This document shows positions 1 through 13,442 of a DNA stretch of 64,000 bases, in pieces. The notes beneath the pieces were generated by a model. The model was not told where the DNA came from and did not search any database. It worked only from the letters and a program-made list of their open reading frames with translations. The translations under genes were made by a program, and so were the position numbers. The stretch is from the human T2T-CHM13v2.0 reference genome, Homo sapiens. Location: the NCBI RefSeq assembly GCF_009914755.1, contig NC_060926.1, one strand, 5' to 3'. Each line of letters begins with the position of its first letter. Within the stretch, counting starts at the first letter, position 1.

Positions 1-682
1 CGCTAAATGTATGTACAACTTCTCATTTGAAATAGCAGGTTGTCTTAGTACCCAAAGTGAAATTTCTGTTGAAAATTCACAGTGATTCCCAGCAGTGTGC
101 CAATTATGAGCCTTCTATAGTTTACACTTGAGATAACCTAGAATATGTTTGTTTTGTTATTCTAATTTCCTTCCTTCTTAGAATTACCTGCTACTGACTC
201 TTGAAAATTAAGAACATACCATAACATGTGCTTAGAATTGTAGCTACATTGCGAAGCAGTTCCAGTGCACTTTTAAGGCATCTCAGGCAAAACACATTGT
301 AGAAGACTTCAAGTTTGTATCTTCCATGTATTATTTTTCCATGCACCTTTGATATCTATTCCTTGAAAGAGAAGTAATGGAAAATGATAGGATTCTTAAA
401 TAGGATTGATTCATTGGCATTGAGCATAGGATGTGGCTCTTGGCTATGTCTGTGAAAAGTTTGTGTGAAGAGTGGCCTATGTCCCTCCCACCTACTCTGC
501 CATTGCTTGAAGTGCCGTTTCCATCAGCATCTCAAGGTCCTGGATTTCTGTGAGATAAATGTTTCATGCTTACTGAGCTCTAATGTGGTGGAGATGTTTA
601 AAGGCTGAATTCAGGTAAGAGTCGTAGAGTACACACATAGATGTTGTCCGTGCTGTGCCACAGTTGAGTATTGGTGGTTTCT

Positions 683-729
683 TTCATTCATTCATTCATT
701 CATTCATTCATTCATTCATTCATTCATTC
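683..729. repeat. (TTCA)n microsatellite, expanded 3' tail of an antisense L2
   Basis: About 11 tandem TTCA units followed by 'acaaatactgaatgcc', the reverse complement of the L2 3' end. Confidence 0.95.
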
Positions 730-1240
730 AACAAATACTGAATGCCCGTTATACAATCCTTTTTCTGCCCTTGAAATACAGCACTGAACAGGAAAACTGC
801 CCCTGCCCTTAGAAGGCTTACTTCCTAGTAGGGGAGTCAGAGAGTAAGCAAATAGATGTAGTGATGGGTGGTATGTGGAAAAACAAAAGCAGGTAAGGAG
901 AAGAGGATGGAGGCTGTCTTAGTACGGTCAGGGAAATCTATTTGAAGAGTTGATATTTGAGCAGAGATCGGAATAAAAATTGCAAATGAGTGATAATGGA
1001 CAAGAGATGTAGGTCTGGAAGAACATTCTAGTCATAGGAAGAAACGAGTATAAAAACCCTGGAGGCAGGACTGAATTAGATGGAGCAGACAGCCTATCTG
1101 TTCTACAATAGACAGAAATATGGCAATGACAGCCACATGTGGAATTACATTTTTTAATTAATCACATTAAAGAAGTGAAAATAAAATAAGATTCAAAAGT
1201 AAGAAACAAAGTAAAATTTAATTACATGGTTTTAACTTAA

Positions 1241-1646
<406 letters not shown>

Positions 1647-1774
1647 AGAAACTAAATTTTTATAAAAATAATTGATCATGAAATCTATCATTGATAACAT
1701 AGATTCATATATCTATGTCATCTGACCATATTTAAGAGTTTTCTGATAATTAAAAAGTACTGGTTTTTAAATTT

Positions 1775-2115
<341 letters not shown>

Positions 2116-2954
2116 TGAATAAAATAGGAAATTTGGCCCCTCAGTCTCACTACCCAGATTTCAAGTGCTCAGTAGGCACATGTGGCAGTGGCTGCTGCAT
2201 TGGACATAATGAGGCCAGATTGTCTGGAAACGAAGAAAGCTGTTGGAGAGCTAGACTGGAACCAGATGACAGAGGACTCTGGAAGCCGTGGGAAAATGTT
2301 TGGATTTCATTTGGCTTGTGATAGAACGCCACTGAAGTTGAGTGGATAGGTGAGTGGCACGCTTTGATTTGTGCTTTAGAGAGATCTTCCTCTGGCTTTG
2401 GTAGGGGAGAGAATGGAGGGTAGAGACCTGATAGGAGACTGTTAGGTAGTTAAGTGAGAGATGAAGGTGCTGGTTTAAAACAGTTGTGCTGCAAGTGTGA
2501 GACATTGTTGGTTTCAGGGTATATCCGGAAGGTAGAGTTGATAGTACTTGCTGTTGTATTGTCTGCAGGACAGGCAGCAAAGAGGAATCAAAGGAAACTT
2601 CTAGGATTTCGAACTGACCAACTAGATAAACAATGGTACCACAGTTGATATGGAAATGACCAAGGTATAGACAGTTTTGGTGAAGAAAATTGGATTTGTG
2701 CAAATTAAGTTTTATTTGTCTATTCGACTTCCAAATAGGTAGCTGAGTTTGGAATTCGGGGGAAAGCTTAAGGCTGTAGACTAAATGTGGCAGTTAGAGT
2801 ATAGATGGTATCTAATGTCATCTGAATGAGGTAGTCAAGGCACTGAGGGTACCTTGAGGAAAGAAGTCCAAAAAGTGAGTTTCAGGGCAATCTGAAATCT
2901 AAATGTTGGGAAGATGAGATGAAGCCAGAAAGTGACATTAAGATAGAGTGGCTG

Positions 2955-3254
2955 GGCCGGGTGCGGTGGCTCATGCCTGTAATCCCAGCACTTTGGGAGG
3001 CCGAGGCAGGCAGATCACAAGGTCAGGAGTTCGAGACCAGCCTGGCCAATATGACGAAACCCTATCTCTACTAAAAATACAAAAACTAGCTGGGCATGGT
3101 GGCGGGTGCCTGTAGTCCCAGCTACTCAGGAGGCTGAGGTAGGAGAATCACTTGAACCCAGGAGGCAGAGGTTGCAGCGAGCCGAGATCACGCCACTGCA
3201 CTCCGGCCTGGGTGACAGAGTGAGACTCAGTCTAAAATAAAATAAAATCAAATA
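2955..3254 (+). mobile_element. AluS (Sg-like)
   Basis: Starts ggccgggtgcggtggctca, has an A-rich tail, and is flanked on both sides by agagtggct. Confidence 0.95.
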
Positions 3255-3361
3255 AGAGTGGCTAGTGAGGTAGGAGGGAAATCAAGAGAGCCTGATATCT
3301 CAAAGCTAAGTTTATCAGTCTTGGCAAGTAAAAGTTTGTGTAGTCAAGAGAGAAAGAGTAG

Positions 3362-3682
<321 letters not shown>

Positions 3683-3699
3683 GAGAAGAGAGTCTTATA

Positions 3700-4115
3700 A
3701 AGGAAATGTGATGGTGTGATCAGGGTATAGGGAAAAGCTCAAGGAAGAACTTCAGTTATTCAAGGGGTAAAAATGGGGTTACCAAGGCTAAGTCTAAAGG
3801 GATGAGAGAGACAGAGACAGAGAGAGAGAGAGAGAGAGAGAAAAAGCAAGAGAGAACTGTGGGGAGAGGTCACCTAAGAGAAAATATGCTCTTGGTTTAA
3901 AGAAGCCAATCCATAGCAATGCTGCAGGGAGTGAGCAAGGAATTGGTAATTCACCCTCCCTTTTCTTTCATCTTGCAATCTTTGGCCATTTGCTAAATTC
4001 AACCAGAAGACAGAAGGCAAGAGAGCCTTTTGACTTGGTGTGTACCAGTCAGTCTCCCAGGGCACAGTGCAAGATAGAGAAGGGTGAGTAGTGGATCTAG
4101 ACGGGCAAATATCTG
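3700..4115 (-). mobile_element. LTR33-like ERVL LTR containing a (GA)n tract (about 3804-3840)
   Basis: 'aaattcaaccagaagacagaaggcaagagagcc...cagtctcccagggcacag...agagaagggtgagtagtggatctaga' resembles the reverse complement of the LTR33 5' end. Confidence 0.6.
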
Positions 4116-4724
4116 GTGGATATTCAGCTCACCAAGTGAAGAAAGCCATTAACAGGATAATAACTGAGAATTATATGAAGCAGAATCCACCCCCAGATTT
4201 TATTGCTTATATCTTTATTGAGGTGCTTAGCAAGAGACAAGAGATCCCAACTAGAGAATCTGCAATCATTGTCTACATACGTTAATTTATTTCTCTCTTC
4301 TGTCTTTTCTACTTCTTCATCTATGTAATTCCTCTTAGCTTTTCATATTCCTATCAGTCTCCTAACTACTTCTCTTTTTTCTTTTTTCTTGACTTTCTTC
4401 TCTCATTCCCTTTCTTTTTTCTCCCCTCTCACACACTTCTGTCCATTCTAGTCTTTTTCCCAATTTGTTTGTTGAAGTTGATCCATGGAAAGTACCTAAA
4501 ACAGCTTAGAAACAAAATAATGTATAAATGTCATTCACATCAGCTCAGCCTATGAGAAAAAGAATCAGTATTTAAAAATTAAATGTGGTTGGAGAGTAGC
4601 CCTAACATATGTGTATTTTAGAACAGTAATTGTTCCCCCCCAGAAGAGTGGATGACTTATTTGAGCAAGAATAATTTGAGGCTAGAGCAATCTAAACTTT
4701 TTAGGTTATAGAAAGGATGTTCTA

Positions 4725-4895
4725 TGGCAGTGAGCAAGCATTAGAGTCACCTGAAGGACTTATGAAAATGTAAGTTGTGGAATCCTACCCCCAGCATTTC
4801 TGATTCAGTAGGTATGGGATGAGGACCAAGAGTTTGTATTTGTAGCAAGTTTCTAGGTGCTGGTGCTGTTGCTTGTCTGGAAAGAACCACTGATA
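4725..4895. mobile_element. MER5A hAT-Charlie element
   Basis: 'gcattagagtcacctgaaggactt...tttctgattcagtaggtatgggatgaggaccaagagtttgtatttgtagcaagttt'. Confidence 0.8.
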
Positions 4896-5164
4896 TATTG
4901 AGATAGGAAATTACAGTTGATCCTTAAATGGGATTGGGAGTGGGAAGAGTAAACACAGGGCAAACAACTAGACACCTTAAGAGGGAAAACAATGGGTGGT
5001 ACTTTGGTGATAAATTTGGTGACATTCAGAGGCACAGAGGTGTGGGGTGAAAAGCATCACCCAGATACTGCGGATTCCAGTAGAGTGGATATATCCCAAA
5101 CAACTAACATCTCAGGAGAGATCAGTGCACTCAGGTAAACATATTTTGAATACCTATTACTTGC

Positions 5165-6030
5165 TTGTATTTTCCACTGCCTACTAGACATCTCTATTTG
5201 AATACTTCACAATCACGTTAAACTCAATCTGTCCAGAAGTCTTATTATCACATCTCCTTCATCACCAATCCTCTCCCATCTGTATTCGCTATCTGCATCA
5301 GTGACCCCACTAACAAAGTCACCATGCCAATAATCTGAGAGTCTTTGCCAGCTCCAATATTCCTTTTGTCTTCCTGTATAACTTACAAACCGATTTTTTG
5401 TTTCTCTGCTTCCCTAATAACTGAACTATCTTAGGCCAAACTCTTAACACTTCTCAGATAGAAATAGACTCCCGCATCTAATTTATTCCTGCATGAATTT
5501 GTCAACTGTGCTTTCAGGAATGTTATATTTTTTGTATTTTTCTGAAATACAGATCTCATCTCTTTACCTCTTTCTAAACCTCTCCTGTGTGGCTTCACAT
5601 GGTGGACACAGCCTCCTGATAGGGCACCTACCTAGCTTCCTTTTCCGTTTCTTCTTGCCCCCTCCCTAAACTTATTTTCTAACAATAACAAGTGATCTGT
5701 GTTTCCCTAAGCACACCATAATTCACAGGCCTGTGTGATTGGCTCGGACTATCTTCTGCACTCTCGTTTCCCTTCTTATCTTCTTTCCCTTTCAAGCCCT
5801 ATTAAGTCCAGTTCCTTGAGGAAATCTGTCTTATGCAAAAGCAACATTCCTCTTATGTGTTCCCTCTGGTCCTTAGGCAAACTTTTATTTTAGCCCTTAG
5901 TGTAATGGCGGTTATTACTGGTTTATGTGTCTGTAATAACTTTATAGGAACTCTGTTGCTTGAAGGGTGAAGCAGGTGTCTCTTAATCTTTGTATCTTGA
6001 GGGTCTGAAAACTTGGTATTGCATGAGTTG
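5165..6030 (+). mobile_element. L2 LINE remnant
   Basis: 'ccactgcctactagacatctctatttgaata...aaactcaatctgtcca' followed by pyrimidine-rich L2 3' region. Confidence 0.7.
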
Positions 6031-6474
6031 TAGAATTATTTCAGGACACTCAGCAAACTAGTTCTAGATTTGGGTTAAAGTAAGGATGAACTGGAAACTA
6101 AGAGGAAAAAAATGTTGAGGCAATCTGATCTTGTATGAACTGTGCCAAGCTCAACAGATGGTCAAAATCTGTGTAGAAAGGACCCTGACTGAGGCTAACC
6201 CATCCAGAAAACTTCTTGTGTGAAGGATGCTCTTTAACCACTCTCATTCCACTTTGTTCAACTTCCATCCTTTTGTGTAGCACCATAGTATATATTCTTT
6301 ACTTGAACTAGATAAGTCTGTCATCTGTCTTCTTCACATCACTAATGATGGACTTCACTTCTTTTAAACATCGTTTTTCCAAGGTCTATAATAAACAGTT
6401 GACCTATATCACCTTATTTAACCCTTCCAACAACCAAGCCATTACACAAGAGGCAGCAAACCCCTCCAATTAAT

Positions 6475-6665
6475 AGCATGGGTTCAAGCCAGCTTGCCAT
6501 GTTCTTGGGAAGGTTATTTAACATCCTCGGGTTTTAGTTTTGGCATCTTTAAAATGAGGCTATAGTGCTTGCCTTATAAGATTGATATGTGCATTGCTGA
6601 GTCAATATTTATAACATATTTAAGACTGCCTAAAATATACCATGGGCTATGTAAGTGGTTATTAA
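6475..6665 (+). mobile_element. MIR
   Basis: MIR core 'ttgggaaggttatttaacatcctcgggttttagttttggcatctttaaaatgagg'. Confidence 0.75.
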
Positions 6666-6809
6666 ATGGATTGTACAATTTTCTCTCCTGGATTTCTCCA
6701 GCTTCTCCATATTCCTTTCATCAAACCGAGTGTCTCCCCTCACAGTTCGTCTCATCAGTAATGCATTTTCAAAGGTGACGCAGCTTATCTGAAAATACGA
6801 GATTGAATA

Positions 6810-6990
6810 TCAAAGGGACTGGGATCTGTTTCAGGGTCCGCTGCTGGTGCCTATGTCATCTTGGGCCCAATCATTGACCTTTTTGTCCTCAGATCGCTCA
6901 TAATGTGTTGATAATACCACCACATTTGGTAGACTTCTGGGAAGGTCTAATGAGGTTGCATATGCATAAATATGTATAATGGTAAGCTAT
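6810..6990 (+). mobile_element. MIR (MIR3-like)
   Basis: 'tgtcatcttgggcccaatcattgacctttttgtcctcag'. Confidence 0.55.
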
Positions 6991-9089
6991 AAGAGGGTGG
7001 AGCAATGTTAGGTGAAACACAGTAGCAGCAGTAACGATAAACATAGCTGCTGTACTTGGCCCAGTCTTCAGATTACTCTGGTAACCTCATTTGGTGGGAG
7101 GCCCATACCTACTACTACTGTCTGACACTAGGCTAAGATGTCCCTAGAGCTACATCTAACATTCCTTCCTTTACCAAATATAAAGAAGTATAGACAACGA
7201 AGGTCTGGAATCTATTTAAGGTCTGGAATTCTTCAGTCATCTCCCTTTCATGATTAAAACATAGTCAAGTATTACATGACACACAAACTAGTAAGACCAC
7301 ATGTTACACGGCAGCTTTTGTCTGCATACACTTGACTCCTGGGAGCTTAGTAACTATATTGCCTCCCTTTTCTCTTTCCCATCCCACCCAGACCTAACTA
7401 TTGCTTTTTTTCGTTGCTTAAAATGGCATCTCAGGACTGTAAATGATTCAAAGTTTTGTCTTCTAGGAATTGCTTTTTGCTAATCCCAGCTTTGCACAAA
7501 GAAATCATGAAAACAATTGGGTTCTTTGTAATCTCACCCAATGAATGCTCAATATTTATTTTAAAAATACTTCTTCCTATGATTTTGACAATTCATCAAT
7601 AGTCCTATAATCCAAGTAATCTGAAATTTGAAAATTGTTATCTTGACAAATTGAAAATTTTCTTTTGAAAACAAGAAGCGGAATTTACTGTCATTTGTCA
7701 AGTGAGGATTTTCCTTTGACTTTAAAGATCACTCTAAGTATTTTTGCAACACTATGCAATTTGTGGTGAATCCTTCCATTTAAATAATATTGCAGTAAAA
7801 AGAGAAATGTCAGAGTCCAGAAGGAGAATGGCAGAGTATTACTCAAGACAATGTGCTATGGACTAACAGGTTTTGATTCTGAACACATCTAAGAGTGAGT
7901 TTCCAAAAAGTCTGGTATCCATTTTGATGATTATGATATACTTACAAATAAATCACAGTTGAGTTCATAGACTCAAATTATTTAGTGTAAAGAAATGAAC
8001 ACAGCAATATGTTTTCTGTGCCTTTCCAATTAGAGTTTAGATCAATTTATCTTTGTGACGATATTGCCTAGTTGAATTTTAAAAAATATATTATGACATG
8101 TTTTTGGAGTCAACTAGCTGGAACACAAGGTTTCTGAGGCTCAACATGCATTATTTATCCATTTATACTAATAAACCTTCATATCCCACATGTCCCCTGC
8201 TCAGATTTGAATGGAACCTCAAATGCACAACCTGTTTTAAATTTATGACACAACAATTGCTTATGACAAAGAAAAATGAATTTAAAAAATGCATCTATTT
8301 CCCCCAGAAGAAGACAAATGACACATCTTTTTTTTCTTTAAAGAAATGACATTCCTCTTTCTTTTTTAGAAGAAAAATTATTTATTAAAAAAATTTAAAG
8401 ATGATAAAACATTAAAAAAGAAAGAGAAATTGATTTGAAGACGCAAGATGGGATTGAGTTGTAATATAAAAGTTGCTGGTCTTTTACTCCTGAGAGGCAG
8501 GACCAGTTGATTTATAATCACAATTTTGAGCTTGCTTTCCCCCTCCTCCTCTTCCTCTCCTTCCTCCTTCCTGCCTCTCCCTGTTGGGAAGGGAGTGTAG
8601 ACATGAGGTGACATGTCTCTTTTGATTTACCATACTGTGTCTTCATTATGAGCGCTGGCGATCAGGCAGTAGTGTTTTCTAACTTCAAAGGCTTCAGCAG
8701 CCTGTGCAGCATGCAGGGGAACTGAGGTGCCAGGATACGGAGTAACAACAATATGGTGTCGTCATATTTTAGGAGTGTCAGCTTATTCTTTATTTGTGGC
8801 ACATCAAAGTGAAAATGAGGACACAAGGAAGCCTTTCCTCTTTGTTATTCTCTTCTTCAGTGACAATAATGTCTTCCAACTCAATGTCCAGGCCAGAGTC
8901 CTAAAAAACTAGTTCTTTCGAATTTAATATTTCTCATGCTTAAAGAACTTTAGGGGGAAAAAAAGCTACCAATAATAAACTGGAACAGAAAAGCTGCATG
9001 CTTATTGAGAAACATATTTAGAGAATCCAAGAGCCTATTTAGGGTAATGTAAGTATTGCTAGGTATCAGTGAGGAATAACAAGGTAACA

Positions 9090-9260
9090 ATAATAATATT
9101 ATAGCAGCTAATATTTATTGAGTGTTTACAAATTACCAGACGTTGTTTTAATCATTCATATAGATATTGGAACTGTGGCTCAGAGAGCTTAAATAATTCA
9201 ACTAATATACAATGTGGTGTGGAGCTTGGACTCCAACCCATTGGACTCAGAGCCCACCCA
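9090..9260 (-). mobile_element. MIR
   Basis: 'gcagctaatatttattgagtgtttac...ggaactgtggctcagagagcttaaataa'. Confidence 0.75.
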
Positions 9261-10553
9261 CATGAATATCAATTATTTAGCCGAGTATCATCTGTATTAG
9301 GAGTTAGGTTTTCAATTCAGTTCTTGGGGCATGGGGCAAACATCAAAAATAGTCAAAAGATACTGTTAACTTGGCTATAAAATACAGCATACTTTTTTAT
9401 GTCTGGGTGTATGGATACAACTGCCAAGTAATGCTTATAAAAATATTTAATAAATAAAAGAACACCATAGCAAAATGAAACTTTAGATTCCTTTAAGGTA
9501 CAAAAAGGAGCAAGCATACGTAGCTGCATTTTCTTATATAATATTGATATGTAATGTGACTTCAGTGAAATATAAAAGTGAGGTTACTGGAGGTTGGTTT
9601 CTTTATTTGAAAAGAAGCTACATAGATGTAGGTTACAATCATTGAATCACGTGGATTTATGCCCTGTTTTCCCAAGGAATGACCTTTACACAAGAGTCCA
9701 AACAAGAGTGTCACCTGGGGAAGTAAAAGCTGCCTGTGACTTGGAGTAAGAGCTTCAGGTGATACAAATACTGTCATCTGTGCTTTACCCCTCCTCCTAA
9801 ATGCCTGATTTAGCCCTCACAGTGACTGTGTGCTTGGAAATATTTCCATTATTTTTAGAGTAGGTGGACCTTCAAGGATGTTAAGTAACTTGTCCAAAGT
9901 CACAGAGTCAGTCACTGTTTTAAGAGTTTGCTAGGAAATCCTTGGAAACCTCTGCTTCTGCTGTCCTTTTGTCAGGTGGTCATCATTCCTTCATCTGCGA
10001 AAAAAATATGAGCTTGATAAAACTGCTACCAGTGGAGCATGTGCCACCAAGATTGGCTTTGATTCTCCAGGGATACCCTGTATGTATCAATAAGAGGAGG
10101 AGATAAAGGCCGGGCGTGTTCAGCAAGAATGTTTCTATTTTGCTCTATGTCATGATAAATTACGCTTGCTGGCTGCATCGAATATTTCTGTTGAAGAAGA
10201 AAGAACACCCCACTCGCAGCATCCAAATTGAGAAAAGGATAGCTGTTCTTGGATGTCATCACTGCCAATCTGCCCTGAAATAAAAGAGAGAGTCCATTTC
10301 CGCTGTGTTCCAAGGAAGCAGCGAGCCCTAGAACGTAACAGGTCTCTCTTTCTGCCCCTCCTCATCGAGGGAAAGGGAGAACTACTGAAACAAAAAGAAG
10401 GAAACCTCACAAACAGAGGGCTGAGAAACCTAGGCAGATAACATCTCCTTATTTCTTAACACTCTCTTAGAAAATTAAAAGGACTTTGTAGAAAATCCTT
10501 TTGACTGATGGAGTAGCTCCGAGGAACAGAGAAAGACAGATTAACAAGATGAA

Positions 10554-10595
10554 AGACCAGGAGCCAGAGGACCCAGACCAGGAGCCAGAAGACCC
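10554..10595. repeat. 21-bp tandem duplication
   Basis: agaccaggagccaga(g/a)gaccc twice, one mismatch. Confidence 0.9.
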
Positions 10596-10649
10596 AGATG
10601 CTTTGAGGGCAACATCTTCCTTTTGTTGGAAATAATTAAGTGGTTCCTC

Positions 10650-11052
10650 CTATTAGGTCATGAGTGAGGTATTGAACACTCCAGCAGTAATCTGCACAGA
10701 CCTCCATTCTTCCAGACCTCCCTGCCAACAATTCCGTAAGCACTCAATTCCAGTAAAATCATTTTTCTGTTTAAAATGGCTAGAAAATTTTCTATTTTCC
10801 TGACCAGCTTTGACTGATACAAACAGAAAATGTGGTGCCAGGTCCTGCAACCATCATCTTGCAGACAATCCTTTCACAATATTCCAACATGCTGAGGATT
10901 CCGAGACAGAAAGACAACAGATTCTCAGACGATGTCATTGAGCCACTGCCCCAGATCCCGACAGCATCGCGTTTTCACTGCTTTTTAGGTAAAGGAAAAT
11001 AAAATATACTTGGGTCAGTCAAATTAGTTTAGTTGTAGCCAGAGTATTCCTA
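10650..11052 (+). mobile_element. Old MaLR/ERVL LTR fragments (MLT1-type, probably two pieces)
   Basis: LTR-like 3' end 'tgactgataca' at about 10821; 'gatgtcattgagccactg...gttgtagccagagtattccta'. Confidence 0.55.
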
Positions 11053-11059
11053 TTTTTTA

Positions 11060-11165
11060 CCCAAGCTTCTCATCTGAGAAATGGGGCTACAGCAAGGTTT
11101 AGCATATATTTAATGGGATATATGCAGGGTGCTTGGCATCAAGTAACCACTTAATGTTGGTGATT
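11060..11165 (+). mobile_element. MIR fragment
   Basis: 'ttctcatctgagaaatgggg...gtgcttggcatc'. Confidence 0.55.
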
Positions 11166-13442
11166 AATGTTGAATCATTTTACTAGTCCTTAAGTTCAAA
11201 ATAAGATGTATCTTTTCCTCTCAATGAAATTTCCGCGGAGGAGAATTATGCCAATAGAATATGCTTTTCTGAATTCAAGCCTGGACATCCAGTTAAATAA
11301 GTTAATGCCAAGTGATAATATTTTCGGTTGACTCCTTTCTATTGCATTTACAAATAGAATTAGTGGATCTGTTACATAGACATTCATGTGTAAAGTGTGA
11401 ACTGTATGTTAAAAATATAAGTAAGAGATTGAGCTTGAGATAGCCCTATGTGTTGTAAAGGAAAACAAACTTTAATGTTATGGGTATAACTTTCTCTCCT
11501 AATGTTCTATAATTATTTCTCATTCTATAATAACTTACTTTAAATAGGGTGACCATTTATAAATGCTCTGCTGGAGACAAAAAAAAAAAGGAAAAAGTTG
11601 ATTATATCTCATCAGCAGAGGATAACTGGGAGGTCATTATATTGCTTACTGTTTTCTGAAACCGACTGTAATCAGTGCTTCGGTTGGGAAAATCTGTTTT
11701 CCTCACCCAGTGGTTTATACCTACTTAGTGTCTTTAATATGGAAAGGTATTTGGCTTATTCAACTTCTCTAGCTGTGTTCATAAATCAAGATAATCATTA
11801 TCAGCAGAACAAACAAGAGAAAAATATTATGATAAAATGTGAGATGTGAAATAACAATTTTAAGGCACAATGCTAATGAAAAACAGAAAATCATTATTTT
11901 TTTTTCTAAAGTGATTTATTTGCTCATGCAGTGTCTTTCCAAATTTGTTTCACTTGCAGGATACTTAAAGGCTACAAAGATGTATTGATATTGTGGCCCT
12001 GAACTCTTGTAGTTACCTATATTTTCAAATCAAACTTCTCCTTCTTTGAGGTCTATAAAAATTATAAAAATAAAATTGTATTCAGTGGCATCACTGGGAC
12101 TTCATAATTATCTTTGCATTTTTGCTGTAATCTGTAATTTCTTCAAAAAGTTGAGGCTTTACAAGCATGATTTAAATATCTGCTTATGGCAATATAAAAT
12201 GCATTTAAGTAACTCTCTTTTTGATTCTTACCACCCTGAACAATATTCTGGTCTCGGTGGACTGACACCAAATTGACAAACCACAGCAAAATTGCTCATA
12301 CACTGAGCCTGGGAGATAAAATGGCTGAGTGACAGGTGGGACTAATCAGTTCATAGGTAAAAATCAAGATTGGATTTGATGAGGGGATTTCTTGATCCGT
12401 GGTGGATTCAATCCTCTTTTCAATATACTGAAAAGACATTTTTGCCAAGTTTGATTTTCATTATTCCCAACCCTAGCTCTGTCAGTTTTCTTCAAGGGGA
12501 CGTCTCAACCCTGGCTTTCCCTAATTCTACAGCTAACCAAATAGCCTGAGGGGAAGAGTCGGAGTTAACAAAAGGGTGGGGAGAAAATTAAATGCCTGGT
12601 CTCCTGTGAAATCTATTTTAGAGAACTGCTATTAGTTATGCCAGGAGTTAGTTGCAAAAAAAAAAAAAAAAGCCGTACACTGAGGTGGCACCAAGACCAT
12701 TATTACACTTACCTCTTCTCCTTATCATCAACAATGACAAAGAGAAGTGATTATTTTAACATTCAAATTAATTTTCTCATAGCAGAAATCATGTCTCTGC
12801 ACAGATAACATTTTCTTTATTCCTTAGATCAGATATTTTCAACAAAAGGGTATTTCCCAGTCACCAGATGAGCATTTTGTGAATAACACAATGAATCTTT
12901 TCTCTGCTTCTTTAACATACATTTTGAAAAAAAGTATCTTCCCCAAGAATCTTCGTGCCTCTCTCCTCATCTCTCCTCAGTGTGAACCTTGGAGGCTTTT
13001 ACCTGGTTGCTCTGAACAGCTACAGTGGTAGTTGAGGTCCAGAGAGCTTTGTTGGTGATGTGGACCGAGGTGGGTGGGCAAGGTGAAGGAAGGCACATCT
13101 TGTTGTCACCTTCGCCAGCATGAGGGGTGTGGACTGTGGCCTTGGTGACTCCAGGACAGTGTGAGTATTTGAAGATAACGTCTTGGCGTCACTGACACAA
13201 AGTCCAGGAGTTTGGGGCTGTGAGGGACTTAATCCACCTGTGCTCATGAGATTAATTTACTTTAAAGAAATGAAATGAAAAATTGTGTTTTTGAATCAGC
13301 TAGTACTAAAATGCTTATGATAAAAATAGCCATCCCCTGCCCCAGCCTAGTGTTGCCTCCTCAGTAGCAACCTCCTTCAATTCTTCTAGCTGTGTCCTCG
13401 ATGATTTAACTTCATATTTTAAATAACATGCTTACATTCCTA

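Noticed and set aside
611-900. Isolated strong splice donors (CAG|GTAAGA near 614, CAG|GTAAGG near 892)
   Set aside because: No convincing paired acceptor or coding frame; one lies within L2, and such motifs are expected by chance.
7200-7230. Short direct repeats (aaggtctggaat twice; also near 16935-16975, 43996-44014, 62689-62708)
   Set aside because: Ordinary slippage micro-duplications with no higher-order pattern.
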